A stretch of DNA of 62,718 bases, filler included, from Collodictyon triciliatum (Eukaryota), in the NCBI GenBank assembly GCA_043381765.1. It is 8 parts of 8 records of this genome, joined end to end, with 100 filler letters (N's around TTAATTAATTAA, not from the genome) between each part and the next. Parts side by side here need not be neighbours in the genome. Positions count along the whole stretch, not along the records: positions 32,752 to 40,846 come from JBHJMP010003592.1; positions 40,947 to 49,031 come from JBHJMP010003595.1; positions 49,132 to 57,215 come from JBHJMP010003597.1; 5 more parts are not named here. One strand, given 5' to 3'. The notes beneath the pieces were generated by a model. It saw only the letters and a list, made by a program, of their open reading frames with translations. It searched no databases and was not told the origin of the DNA. The position numbers and the translations under genes were made by a program. Every line of letters starts with the position of its first letter. The stretch's first letter is position 1. This document shows, one piece after another, positions 35,801 to 50,252 of the stretch.

Positions 35801-38800
35801 AGAAAAAAAGAAAAAAAGAAAAAAAGAAAAAAGAAAAAAAAGAAAAAAGAAAAAAGAAAAAAGAAAAAAAGGGAGGTGCATTTATAGGGTTTACTGCTTA
35901 GCCATATATTTCTTAATGTTGGTTTATGTTATTTCAATCTAAATAAAATATGAAGGACAATTGAAACCTTCGCATGGAGTAATTATTTTTTCTCCGTGTA
36001 CCAGTGTGAAAGCAGAAACCGGAAGTATGCAAGGGGAATTCAAATAGATATACAAAGGAGACTCTGCTATAGCCCGAAGGAGTTCCAACTTCATTTCAGG
36101 TAGATCAGATATTTCGAGGTAATAGCATTCCAAAATGAGGAATGATGTGCTGGGATCCATGAATATAAAGAGGTCTCGAATGAACGAACAAACATGGATG
36201 TTCAGTTCCTAAAATATTTGAAAGCATGAGTGGTAGAAGACATTACTCCTTCTTAGTATATTAGAAAATTTCATACACCCCTACAATATCTCAGGATAAA
36301 TATGACTAAAAGTAAATGGAAAAAAAAAGTGAATTAATGCTAACGTTTTGTCTGGGCCCGTCAAGGACATCAGTGTTTCTTAGAAATGTAGCCAGCTGGG
36401 CAAGTAAAGTCATGATTAAATGAACACACCGTTCACTAAAAAGCTGTTTCGCTAAAAATTCCTCAGTGTAGATTCCGGCTTCAGTTCTTTCTTCCATGAC
36501 GTTGACAGGTGTGAATGTCACCATGTCGAAGGAGCGCATCGGAGATACACTCTTTGAATCAAATTTGGAGACTCGTAGGCTCATCGACTTTCTCAGTAAA
36601 GAAAACAATATGGATGTGGATGATAGAACTTCATATATCGTGGGATTGAATCGCGGGGCCTGTATGTTAACCAGATATAGAATTTCAATATTGCTATCAA
36701 ATATTGATTATTATTATTTTAAAAAAAAGTAAGCCGTCAATCGATGAAATACGAATAGGTATTATTTTCAGCTGTTAAAGGATGAACATGTAATCCCAAA
36801 AATTAAAGCATATAACCTGAAGGTAGTTTATCCATCTGGCACATATTTCCTCGTAAACTAGACGTTTGTTGAATATAACCTAAAGCATACGATATATGAT
36901 CCAAAATATGGCTTAAAAGAGAACCCTCTGGATATGTATGAAACTAGCAATTTTCTATCAGGAGGTCACAATTTTGGCTCCAATCTCACCTTGTCGAATA
37001 CAAATTTGATGTACCAGTCCATAATCGGAATGGAGTGGCACAGAGGCTCATCCCTATCGATCGCAAATGAAGTAAATGTGGGTTTGTTAGAACACAGATC
37101 CAAAAGGCGATTGGGTTCACTGGTTATTGAATCGATCATTTACTCGAATTTAACGGAGCCAGGGTCCTTTCTCACTCCCGATTCCATCAGGGATATCATG
37201 ATATGAACAAAACTACAAAATGCAGTGTATCCTGTTTCGCCATGGGCTGTCATCGAATTCAATAGCAGATTGAGCACCATGGGTATTTTATCGACATAAG
37301 AGTCCAACGGTACTTCGTTCAAGGCTAGACATACCATTAATTCGACTTCACTTAAGTATATAACTTGCATTTGCATTTTTAATTATTTTTTAACCAACCA
37401 GATATTGCCGCAATTAAATCAGGGCAATGCGGTTCCAAAATATGTTTCCTGTTTGCATTTATTCAGTCGATTTTAATACCGGAAAAATCATCCGTTTGAT
37501 GGAAATGAAAAAAAATCAATTGAATTTGTTTCATAACAATCGATATAACGTAAGCATACCTGATAGATTCAAAAAATAGGTTTACATTCGGAACTGCAGA
37601 GTAAATATTAGATACGAATTTACAAGATATTTCTGCAACGCCGGGAGACTCTGCAGATGGCATTTCAATAGCTGTAGTAAACGGGGATGACCAGCACAAT
37701 AAAGCGAACAATGTATTATATGCAATCGAGATTAGTATAGGTCAACCAAATACTAATAAATTACTCAATCTGCAAGTCTAAAAGTCGAATGAAAAAGTTG
37801 TATATCATTGCTCTTATTACTTTTTAGGTATTCCGTTTTTGGTTCCCCAGAATATACGCTGACGCAATGTATACCATCATACAACGGTTGACCATGGTTT
37901 AAAAGCATCAGAGCCGCGAAACCTTTGAGAAATTCAAATGTTCTCAGAATTATGAACATAAAGTTTCACAAAAGCATGGCAGTCAACCCAATCATAGTAA
38001 TAGTAATTTATATTGATGGAATTCATTTTTCACATACCCATAGGAACAAGAGATGTCGCAGAGCCCCGATAGTCGATGCCTAATGAAGAATATATCATGA
38101 AATTTTATTTTGCTGCCAATGGATTACTCGTTCAGACACAATTGATACCAGACTAAAGATGGTGTTAAGATAAAAAAAAAAAAAAAGAAGCATCTCAAAC
38201 TCACTAGGATTAATTTGGTTCATATACTGCATTATTTCACAGACTAAATATAAAATTGGAAAAAATTTGTTCATGATATTCAGTGGTCTGTGAGAGAAAA
38301 AACCTAGAGCATTCATAGTTGCAGCGGCGGCTGATTGACCCATCGATATAAGGCGAGCAGTGGAGCCTCGCCGAGGGGAATTTGAAGGGAAGCTTTGTGA
38401 TCCAAGTAAAGGTGAATGCCTCATTTCTGCTCGCACTGAGTAGAGCGTAAAGAGAACATGGTGTCTAGTATTCGGTGGCATAGGTGAATATGGTTGATTT
38501 TTTGATTATTTTTTTTAAAAAGGGAGAAATATAAAAACTTTATCGAGTTTCCTATAGTTTTTTGCTTACTAGATAAGTAATAATATGCTTTCTTAAAAAA
38601 ATAATAAATTGAATTGAAAAAGAGGAGCAAGTGATTTACCTGGAAGTAAGTGCCACAGGTACCTCTAGCTTCAATTGAACAGAGAACTCAAAATTATTTT
38701 GCTTCGTTTTCCTGGTTGTAACATGTGTAAATGTACTATCTATTAACGATGGGTCTTTACTACCACCATAGATACACCCAAGTCCAGACCCCGATCCGTC

Positions 38801-39182
38801 ATTGTCTCGAACTTGGGCCCGGACAATGATTTGTGTCTATGTGAGCAACAAAATAAAAACGTTAATGATGTATAAACAACATTATTTTGTGGACAAAGAA
38901 ACAAACAAAACAAAACAAAACAAAACAAAACAAAACAAAAAAAAAATAAAATAAAACAAAAATAAATATCATGTAATTTACTCTTCATTACCTTCGAAGT
39001 AATTCCAGTAATGTTTTGCAGATAGAAATTTATCGGGCCAAGATAAAGCACATTCAAGTAAGTACATTTTGGTGTTTGTAAACGAGAGCTGCTATAGGTA
39101 AAGTACACTAACGATTAATTATTTTTTTTTATCGATCTGAGATAACTGAAAAAATTAAAAGAAGTCGTGCATGTCATGAATC

Positions 39183-39277
<95 letters not shown>

Positions 39278-40760
39278 TAGCTTCATGGAAATTGTTCCAT
39301 ACATTTTCTGTTCAAAAGAAACTAGGATTATATAATCAACTGAGTTGCAAACCTGTCCAGATTCTGAATTTCACGAACAACGTTATCGCCGTATCCATCC
39401 TGGGAGGGAGTGTCATCTCCGACTGTGAAAACGAGTGTTTTGAAAGTAAATATATATATATATATATACAATACGCTTATTAAGATATTTCACTTTCCTC
39501 ATGGTTTCTAAGTGGCAAGGTGATAAAAAAAAAAAGCAAACGACTATCAACAATCATCTTCATAAACAAAGCAATATTTTAATATCATTTTGAAGAAATA
39601 CCAATCAAGGCAGGATTTATCACAACGGGGTTATAGCACGGGTCAACGCGAATCCTTCCAGCAGGAAAACGTCCTTCGTCTAACTCCATGCCTTATCAAA
39701 AAGAAATGTAAAGTCGTATTTTGAGAACCATTTGATTATTTTATTTTCATACATTGATTGGTTGTAATACAGAGTCCGAGTAAGAAGAAAAATAACTTCG
39801 GTTTTTAATTTTTTTTACATATTGGAAAAAAAAAGTAAAGATAATACCGCTTATAGATAAAGTTAATTTTCTGAGTCTGGAGCCCCAAGGTATGCCGTCT
39901 TTATGGAGCAAGGGGAAAGTCATATGTGGTGTCGACCTCATGTCGCAAAATTCAGATATTGTCATATCTGATTGATAAAAAGAAGGAAGAAAAACAGGAG
40001 ATGGTTTGACGCATGTTCTACCATGGGCTATTAAGTTGAGATAAAAATGTTTATAAAATATTTTTTTATCAGAGCATTCAAGGTATTAATATATAAACCA
40101 TAGCATAAGTAAGAATAATATGCTGGTAATGGATTGACACTAAAAGAAAATCGCATGCACACGTCCCCTCTCACATTGAATAAATAGAAAATATCTACAG
40201 TAACATATCGTGTACTTGATCGATGATTTCTTCTCTTGAAAAAAAAACCTGAATGCAGGAGGCACATCCCATCCAGATTGTATATAGGAACAAGAGCTAT
40301 GGCAATCACTTCTCTTACGTGCCTTTGTAGATAGCCTTGATCTAAATGGTCACTCCTGGCTAGTCCTTCAACACAAAGCTCTTGTGTCCGCAAGGTCTAA
40401 ATAATTTTAAAAAAGAATAAAATTTATCTAACAGAAAGAACCAGCACAATGGATAATGCAAATATCAATTGTTGCTTTACTTATCAATATATGATCAAGA
40501 CGAATTAAAAAAAAAAAGAATAGAAGAAATATTACCTGTTCGATAGTAATGGCAAGATATATGTTCGAATATCTAGCGCTAAAGGAGACGAAATAATGTA
40601 AAGAATGGTCTTCATATGAAACATGAATGGTATGTTACTTGATTTGCATGATATCAACAAACACATAAGAACCTCGTCTGGAAAATGGCTGACTTTGCGC
40701 AATTATACAGAAATACAGATTGGTTCTCCAAGATTGGATTGAGATCAAAATGAAAATCCT
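32888..40760 (-). CDS. DOCK-C/D (zizimin-like) protein: C2/DHR1 + ARM region + first DHR2 helix, fused to the N-lobe of a PIP5K (PIP kinase) domain; partial at both ends
   Basis: DOCK motifs EDFHFDLN, SAIF, IYLAITIEQ, TYLNVLYLGP, HHVLFTLYSV, FFSLLRKSM, FIRDLFIFMDP, DLLVKHDYDSRY, LLCVLWVMKN, VEVTLIVL, VLLYVIGRQNF, YPDLDLQW|LE. These are followed by IRLGFR and FNFKNYFPGAFRALREHWG...FLLSM...KNPGRAHS (PIP5K F.FKdY.P.vF..lR..fG...yl.Sl...pGkSgS). Confidence 0.8.
39184..39276. repeat. (AAT)n intronic microsatellite
   Basis: Direct inspection. Confidence 0.97.
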
Positions 40761-41117
40761 CTTCGGTTGGAAATTAATGTTGGTGAATAAGAGAGACAAA
40801 CCGTACATAAAAAAAAAAAGGGGAGAGATTTTCACCTTTTCTAAAANNNNNNNNNNNNNNNNNNNNNNNNNNNNNNNNNNNNNNNNNNNNTTAATTAATT
40901 AANNNNNNNNNNNNNNNNNNNNNNNNNNNNNNNNNNNNNNNNNNNNCTCTTTTTTTTTTCTTTACATGTTTCCTTTCAACGTTGGGTAGTATTTTCAACA
41001 TCACGACTAGGAATCAAAGGAGAAAGCACGGGAAAAGAAAAAGAACCCCAGCTCTCAATAATCTAGCGCGCTTCTTGGATAGTAGGGAAACATATGCAAC
41101 CATGTTTTAGTTTTTAG

Positions 41118-41234
41118 TTTTCAGTTTTCAGTTTTCAGTTTTCAGTTTTCAGTTTTCAGTTTTCAGTTTTCAGTTTTCAGTTTTCAGTTTTCAGTTTTCA
41201 GTTTTCAGTTTTCAGTTTTCAGTTTTCAGTTTTC
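41118..41234. repeat. (TTTTCAG)n heptamer repeat
   Basis: Direct inspection. Confidence 0.95.
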
Positions 41235-42265
41235 ATGCCCACTTTTCAGCAGGGACGAAACTGGGCGCTTGATGGGTTTCATTCACGCTCATTCTGATAA
41301 AGTGTTGATGACAGAACCAGGATATTGGGATAAGATGCCGATGAAACGGAGCGGGTGAGCCGTTTGTGCAGGACGGAGAGGATTTTCAAAGTCAACCGCT
41401 GTTGCGATGACAGGCCCGGCTTTCGTTTAGAGTACGGTCTTTGTGGTTTTGTGATGCAAGCTTTCGCCTTTGGCTTTGGTGATCACTGCAGGCCCAGGAT
41501 TATATGGCATTCTCCTTTATAAGCGCATCACATGAGCCAATCAAATGAAAACTATTTAAACGAATCAGCAAACCGCCCGTTTTTACCCTTTTTTCCAAGG
41601 CGACACTGGCCGCAACGAATATTTAGACATTTTAGTAAATGTTTATTGAATGTAAACTAAATACATGCACTTATGGATAAAATGACCTCATTGTTCCAGT
41701 CTGGCGAATGTCTTTTATTGTGGGTTCGTGAATGTCGATGTTTCCGTGAAGAAGTGTCTGTGGAATCAGGAATCAAGACAGATAATCGAATGATGGTAGA
41801 CTAATAAGTGATTTTATTTGCAATGTATGCATAAATTACATATATTTGGACTTAAATAAATTAATTAAAACCATTTTAATTGTATGAAGATATTTTCCGC
41901 ATATATACATATACCGTACATGTTTCAACGGATTTTTTGGCAACTGGTTGGATCCTCTCGATCAAACACGGTTTGGAGCAGATGGAAGAAGGCGAAGCGA
42001 ATAGACTTTGCTGCTCGCTTATTCGTGTGTTCTGTGCAAAACGTGCAGAGTTTTCATGGATTACTTGAAAAAGGCACATATTTTTAAGACTTCTGTGTTT
42101 TTTCCTCTTCCTGTGTGGGTCTTGTCGGTGTCTTTTTTTTTAACTGTTGTAATTTTACTATCGCTATTATTTTAATTACTACTATTTTCACTTTCATTTT
42201 AATATTTTAATATGACTATGCTTGTGATTATTCTCAATATGTCTGCTTGTGGTAGACTCTGCATG

Positions 42266-45200
42266 TCGTCGCCTCTTGAGAAAGAAAAATCCGAGGTCTC
42301 GATTGTTGACCTGGCCAATCGCAAGGTAGAGAGTTTGCTTTGTAATTACCATGAAAACCTTTACACTGCAGTTTTTTCTTTGGTATCCAAATGACAGTCC
42401 TACAAACGGGATTCAATTGTGATATTTGTGAACTGTTACACCCATTTCAACCTGTGAAAGATAGTGTTTAAGCCAAAGTTGTACTCTCTTCCTCGCTCAG
42501 AAATGACATAAAATCAACCGGCCGTTCTTTTTTTTTTTTTTTTTTTGAGGAACGATATAATTTAATGAAATCATGAATTCGACATATTTTCCTCTAAATA
42601 TTTACTTTAATAAATCAACAAGCTGTCAAAATGGCACTTTGTTCCTTTCATCAAGAATTTATGTCATGATTACTTCTCTTTTTTTTCTTCTTCTTTGTAA
42701 AACTCACAAACCCAATCAACGTGAGTGTACCCTTACTCCATTCTCTATTTTTTTTTTAGACACCAAATGAGTCGTTGAAGCCGCGCCGAACAAGCCGTAT
42801 GACTCAGTCAAACAGTTCTCCGTATCTTTCTTCTCTCGCACCGGCCCCACAAATGACTCGGGCCACCAGCCAAACAACAATCATGGAAGATGGAACGGTA
42901 TTGTGATGCAATCTCGATTTTGATTTGCCTACACTACCTATTTTGTTTGATAGCTTTTATAACGTCATCTACAAAGACCGAAAAGAATCCTTTCATACTA
43001 TTATGAAGGTTCAATTTAATATTCATATGGGCGAAAACGTTAATCTCTTTCTTAGAATATTGTTCTGTATGCATTAACAAAAATAAATACTGCATCCTTG
43101 TCACTTTTTCCTGTTCATTTTTCTCTCTCTTTTGGCTTTTCGATTTTGCATTGCTATGTTTAGGAGTGTGATACTGCTACGGTAGAAGCAATTGAGCAGC
43201 TGCGCGAACATATTCGGCAAAGGTAGGACTGAATCCTACCATCATGTTCCAGATATGTTACCAAATAATCCACCGTGCAGATGTTCTCTCTTTTTGAGAA
43301 TATGTTCGCCTTTGTTTTCTTTCCTGATTTTTCTTGTCCCTTTAGTTTATTCACGGGACTGTTTCTTCAATCTATATTGTATTTGTTTGGATTGAGGCTC
43401 TCGCATCCTCATCAACTTTTCTTTCAGGTCAGAATCCTTTGTGGAGTTTAGTTCTGAGTCTTCTTCATCACTCGGGCCTGGAAAACTGAGGCGGGCATCT
43501 TCAATCTCTTTGAAAAAGAGTGACCTTGAAAGATTATCATTTGAATCTGAAAAGCAACATAAAGCAATTCAAGAGGTTATTCTTTCTGTACACCACAGTT
43601 TCACATAAAGGGTCAATTTGCCACATATAACCACAAACCCATCTATTATATACACTTCTCACTAAATGCTTCTCGGAAAAGGAACCTGAAGCAGAGGCTC
43701 CGAAATCGCCTCATGAACCTGCACCAGAGCCACCTTCTTTCAAGTTATCCACTATCTTGAGTGAAGAAGTCATGGCGGTTTTGACGAAGAGGCAAGTTTA
43801 ATTATATTTTTTTTATAAAGTAGAATAAGGATGCCGATGTGTAAGTGGATATAATTGTTGTAATCTACTAACCAAGTTGAATTGGATACTCGCCAAATTA
43901 TCATACCGTCAAATTCGCTCACTGATATATACTATAATATCATTTGAAATACATATAATAAAATTACTCTCTAATATCCAAAAGTGACCGAAGTGACGCT
44001 GACATTACAGTTCTGATGAGAGCATTCCGAGGAATCAAATGTATTGACAAATTCACTCCATATGTTAGAAAAGAGATTCTTAGGAATGGATTTCATATTA
44101 GGTTTTTATTTTATTTTAAAAAAATACCTTTCTCGAAAATACCAACAAAACATTAAAGGGTGTAATAGTGATACGTTTACGATTTTATTTGGATATTTTT
44201 GAAGACATTATGAGCTCATTGATTTTATATAGATTCAGTCCTGGACAAATCCGTATACTCTTATAATTTTTTTCTCAAACATATATTTCTTAAACACCAT
44301 TTTCGTCGGGATGGGTTTTTTTTCTTTTCTCCAATAAATGAGTTTCGATTATGAATAACCAATCAAATAGTTTATCCATTCACATTTCTATTGACTTTTC
44401 ACCTCCAGACCTTTATCTAAATTTGTAGTATTCAAGGAGGGCGATATGTCTGAAAACTTTTACATAGTAATTGAAGGTTAACTCAAACCTCTGAATATAA
44501 ATGACACAGTTTTCTGATTAAACTATTGACTGTTCTTCGAATGTCTACCTATCAATTTAAAACACATGGCTCATTTTTATGCAGCGGTCTAATATGAAAT
44601 GTTTCGTTACTGATGACCAATTTTTTTATTTTTTTTTAGGAACTTCATCCCGAATATGTGACTAAAATCTTAACGTTTACAACATAGGTGTGTTTGGGAT
44701 GATACGCCCAAAACATCTGCAACAAGCCCACGGACCTCTCGCAAATATGCCGAATGCGTGTGCGATTCAGGCCCGTCTCGATAAGTTTAGCAAAGGCAAT
44801 ACATTTTTATCACATTTTTCTACGTTCGTTTCTACGTTCGTTTCCTTTTTTATATATATCTTATTCTTATTATCGCCGTCAACGACGAGATTCAATATTA
44901 CCTACTACTGGAATTCTCTGTCATAATATACGCCATCATTCATGCATATTTGAAATACCTATCCGCCCAGTGGACTAATTTTCCTCAAAAGTGAAATTAG
45001 ATATGCCCATTGATTTTACAAGTGTCCTGAAATGAGAATAAATATTAAATATACCTCCAACTTTGAATCGAATAAAGGAAAAAATATACCTCCAATAAAA
45101 TGAGAGCCCCTTCCAAATATAATGATTTTTATGCAATTACATCGCCGCAAGATTTTTCTCATCACAAAACCAATCCACATTTTGACTCTTTCTCACTTCC

Positions 45201-47797
45201 AGACAAGAGCGGGGCAAAAGGTAGAATCGCTGGCGAGGACGACGTGGTTAATGACTACCATACTTTTTTCTCTGCCGGCGATTGCTTTGGAGAAATAGGA
45301 CTTCTCAAGAATGCACCAAGGTGAGAATACATTACTATGACAACTAATATAAAAAACCCATAAACTGCAGGCCAAATAGTTCCTATATTGAAAGGTTTCT
45401 ATTCATGTACTATATATTTGAGAGGTTGTACTTTGCTAAATATAAGCTTTTCTTATTTATTTACCTTCATGGTTTAAAAAACACTTGATACGTAAAAGAG
45501 CTGCCACCGTGGTTTGCCTGGAAGTGGCAGATGTTTTAGTGATAGATAAGTCTCAATATGAGTCTATCACAAAGGTTTTAATTCTTTAAGCCATTCTTCC
45601 GATTAATGCATACAAATTTAGAGTTTTTTTGAATAGAAAAGTTGATATTAAAATGGGAATCCTTTCTTTAGTTCCTTTCTATATATACACGAATACTTCT
45701 TTCTCCACAATGTGTGCCGTCTCAGGGTTTTTTCAAATCAGAAGTTGTGAATTTCTATGGACTACAACTTCAGGTATTACAAGAGCGTGAGGTTGAACAG
45801 AGAACAACCTTTCTTCACTCTTTGAGTATGTTTCAATCTTGGTCTCGCAGCTCCCTGATGAGTTTGAATTCAGTGCTTGTGCACCAAACTGTATTACCGA
45901 CAAGAGGTTCTTTTTTCCCCCTTCTTTTTCCCACTTCGGCAATATTTTAATGAAATTTTATAAAGTATATCGTTTCTTAAAAGCATGTTGGGGGCTGTTT
46001 GGTTGAAACAAAAATAATATCTCGATAACGCATTCGATGGTCATATGACACTAATATAAAATATTGTGTTTATTTTAGTCATTATTAGACAGAACGATGA
46101 ACCCGAAGGGATGTTCTTTATCATCTCAGGAGAATGCAATGTGGTCAAAGAAATAGTTGTGAATCCGCCAAAACTATCAGGAACATCTCCAGAGGTAACT
46201 CCCGATATGATTTTCCTTTATGTATGGATTGTTTAAAATATTAATAAGGAGTCCGCAATTCAATCTATGATCACCACAAACCATGAAAGACTATTACTAT
46301 TTGATTTCTTAATTTTACTTTGCAATTGATGAACATTTTATACAATATTTATCTTTTTACTGATTTCGTTCGCGTGGTTAATCATTTTCCTTGGACAATA
46401 TCTTTTGTAGCGCGGGAAAAAGGAAGCGCAAAACACGACTTTGTCTTATGATGGGTACGATTCAACATTATTTTAATTCGATAACTAAATATATTCTCTT
46501 TAAAAAATACAAAAGAATGATTATCACATAATTTTTAACATTTATATATATTTTCTCAAAACTCTTTATGCTGATTATATTTTTAATTGACCATGTCAGA
46601 ATGAAGCCCTTAAAAGAGGAAAAGAAACTGTTGCACGGTAATTCTAAGACTTTATGATGGGCGTAATTATACGAGCCTGACCCGATGAAAGGGCCCACCG
46701 CAATAAAAATAATAATTAATTGGATATGAATCATACATATGTTCTTCATATGATGAAAGATATTTGCTTAACTAGTTGGGATATTGGTTGCTGGGGACTA
46801 CTTTGGGGAGATTGCACTTTTAAAGTACCCCATCGATTTAACATGATAATTTCCTCATATATATTCCTTCATATATACATTAACATTTATATTTTTTATT
46901 TTGTGAACTTATCTCACATTCATTTCGTTTCTCTCTAAAAATGAACATTTCATTGATAAATTCCACCAAATCCATAGTTGCGTACCATCCTTTTTTTTCT
47001 TTTGCAGGGGAACACGGCGTACATCCACCGTGGTCAGTGCATCAGTTGTAGAACTTCTCTTCCTACCAAAGAACGAATTCAGTCGGCGTATCCAATATAG
47101 CAATGAAATGATGAATATTTTTTTTAATGGTGTGCGTCCATATACGCTGCTATTTGTATTGTTGGTGATTTGTCAAGTTTTATGCGTTCCCCTTCAATTA
47201 ATATGATTCCTCCCAAAGCGAGTATTGCAATTAATGTTCTGGTGCCTTTCCTTTTTCTCTTTCACAAAAGTCCAAACAAGTTTATTAATTATACCCGCAA
47301 CATTTGTTCTTTGACTTGAGAAAAAAAGGAATTACCCACAAACCACTCGAAATCCTTAAGTAATGCGCGGCTCTACAACTTCCATTATTAACGAAATCAT
47401 ATTTCATGATGATTATTGTTATTAATTTGAATTTATCTTATAACAAGAAAAGATTACATTATACATTCTTTCATCATAGCCATACTCATGTGTGAATTTA
47501 GTGGTAGACCTAAGCCCCATTATTGATTATAAATACGTAAGAGATTCGAACGATACAATTTTTAACGATTCCTGTGTTAATTGATAGGTCGCAGTGTGAT
47601 AAATACCCTAATGACGACGAGCTTCGGAGGACTTACCATACCCAACGCAAGTGGGGAGAATATAAGGTTTGAATAACTGTTGTCAATACGCACCATCATC
47701 AAATTATCCCCAGATTGCAGTAAATGGTACTGTCATAACACTCATCGATCACCACTCATCACAGCAAAAAATCGTCAGTGCGGTGGTATCCAAGTGA
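42266..47797 (+). CDS. Cyclic-nucleotide-binding protein with two cNMP-binding domains (CNBD2-like), many small exons; start uncertain
   Basis: LFKEGDMSENFYIVIEG; AGDCFGEIGLLKNAPR|AATVVC; FLHSLSMFQSWS; IIRQNDEPEGMFFIISGEC; GDYFGEIALL; RRTSTVVS; ends QKIVSAVVSK*. Confidence 0.8.
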
Positions 47798-48130
47798 GCA
47801 CCTGGGTGTTTCCCTCCCTGTTCTAAACGGGTCTTCATTTGTATTTGAATTGAATAAAGTGACACGAAGAAAATAGTGGCATATCTATTAACCACTTCGA
47901 ATTGACTGCGCTAAAAATAAAATATGAAGGAGAGCTTTTACAGCAAGGGCCTGGTTGTATGTGATTTATTATTTGGCTCTACTTTATCTATCATCGAGAC
48001 GAGAAAAGCTTGAAAGCGGAAACTCCCGCAGAATTAAAGCCAAAAGCAACATCTCAATGCCGAAATATTTAAATGAGATATCCAAACAATGAGCAGAAAA
48101 TTATTTGCGCCAAATGTTTTCTTTTCTCGT

Positions 48131-48870
48131 TTACTCTCCGAATTGGTATTCATCTCTGGGCCCTTTGTGATTCAACGCTGATATACATGTTAACTTGATA
48201 CAATATCCCACATAATCGTCGAATACTATGGGCAGCCACAAGGAGACACATACCAAGGTTCGTATGGCGTTAACCTGTGTGCTTCCTCTCACCTGTCGAA
48301 TTCGCGGAACGAAAAAAAAAAAAGAAGAATAAACCCAAGCGATAGGGCCTCGAGAGATGCAGCTTCTTGAAATACTGCGCTGAAACGCCCAGCACTCTTT
48401 GGTTCTCTGACCACAAACGAAGAGAGATGCACAATGATTCAATAAGTCATCTCCACCAAATATTCAGCCCTTGCTACACAGAATCGACTGAGGAGCCGGG
48501 CGACTCACCTGACTAACCAGCTGTCTCTGATTTCTTTCGATTGGCACCATATTACCGTTCATCATTCGTCATTGCCTATCCCAAAAATACAATAAAAAAA
48601 AAAAAATAACAACCAACAATCAATCATGGGCTGCCCTCAACTACCTCGCCGTTCTTATGTTATTAGTGGGTTTAAGATGCCCGTTGTACTTGTTGGCTGT
48701 GCTTCTTGAATTCAGAAACTGTAACACGTTTTTCTTTGACGTAATTTAGTAATGCAGATAATATTTGCTCGTCATACAATACTGCTCAATGCAAACGGAC
48801 GCATTATCATGGTTCTTAATAGTTTCCACATATGTAAACTGAAACGCTTTACTGCGATCTTAAATCGCCT
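48131..48870 (-). CDS. Possible 3' exons of an unidentified convergent gene
   Basis: Short GT-AG-bounded open frames. No recognised domain. Confidence 0.3.
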
Positions 48871-48918
48871 GGATCGTTCTGTAACATTCTTTTAAAAAAA
48901 AGAGAACATGTATAAATA

Positions 48919-49232
48919 AGAGAACAATAAAAAGAGAACAATAAAAAGAGAACAATAAAAAGAGAACAATAAAAAGAGAACAATAAAAAGAGAACAATAA
49001 AAAGAGAACAATAAAAAGAGAACAATAAAAANNNNNNNNNNNNNNNNNNNNNNNNNNNNNNNNNNNNNNNNNNNNTTAATTAATTAANNNNNNNNNNNNN
49101 NNNNNNNNNNNNNNNNNNNNNNNNNNNNNNNAAAAGACATAAAAAAGACATAAAAAAAGACATAAAAAAAGACATAAAAAAGACATAAAAAAGACATAAA
49201 AAAAGACATAAAAAAGACATAAAAAAAGACAT
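48919..49232. repeat. Minisatellites on either side of a linker: (AAAAAGAGAACAAT)n at 48919-49031 and (AAAAAGACAT)n at 49132-49232
   Basis: Direct inspection. Confidence 0.9.
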
Positions 49233-49234
49233 GT

Positions 49235-50218
49235 ACTCGCTCTGCGATGCTTTTCAGGCCATATCTTGTGGCATAATATTCGTACAAAAAGTCATATAAA
49301 CTGATTGGAGTATGTGCACTTGCAGATGCAGCAGTAAAATCCAAAAGTATACTAATGATTCGCTTCATCACATAGCTTATGGGCTTGATTCGGGTTTTGT
49401 TTGCTAATGTGGATAACATTTTTCCATCAAATATATAATATCAGGATCAGTTGATTTTTTTATTACATGAAATGTTATCTTTTTTCTAGGACACAATAAT
49501 ATGTAGTTAGCTGGATCAATGGACAAATATCTGGGGAAAAAATCGATATCATGATTTACATTTCGTCATTTCTCCTTGGATGATGCCTTGAATCATCTCT
49601 AACATATGAAGAGGGACCCTCATTCGGGCGTTCTATAGAAAAATATCATTTGTTTTATTTCTGTGATAAAGAGCGAAGGAATGAGTGATTTTGAAATATA
49701 TATGTTTAAACTTAAAAATACAATATAAAACTCAAGGTCGTAAAAAATAAAAAGAAAAGAATACAAACTTTGAATCGAATAAAGATAAAAAATACTTAAA
49801 ATCTGTATAAAATATTCAAGGGTTATGCAAAATCAAAAGATGAATTTCTGATTATTAAATTGCACATTACTATATCTCTTCCTGGAGGAGCTGCATATAG
49901 CTCATAAGACGATGTTTTCTTCGAACCCGGCTCAGCTTGCACATTAGAGTTCTCTGTTCATCAGAAAATTAATTCATGGACAGTATGCATTAATATTATG
50001 ATAGGACGCACCAATAGTTTTTGTGTAGTCAAAAACGCCGCCAGGAATCACCATATTTTCTCTTACTTGAGAGGCAATTCTCGTTGTCTTTTCTCTCAGG
50101 TCATTATATTTCGAAATGAGCTATTCAATATTTAGTTTTCAAAAAAAAAAAAAAAAANNNNNNNNNNTTTTTTTTTTTTAAAATAAATAAATATTAAAAA
50201 AAAAAAAAAAATAAATTA

Positions 50219-50252
<34 letters not shown>

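Noticed and set aside
48131-49420. Continuation of the contig 7 minus-strand gene into the end of contig 6
   Set aside because: The two are separated by an artificial linker, have different flanking repeats, and show no convincing motif continuity.
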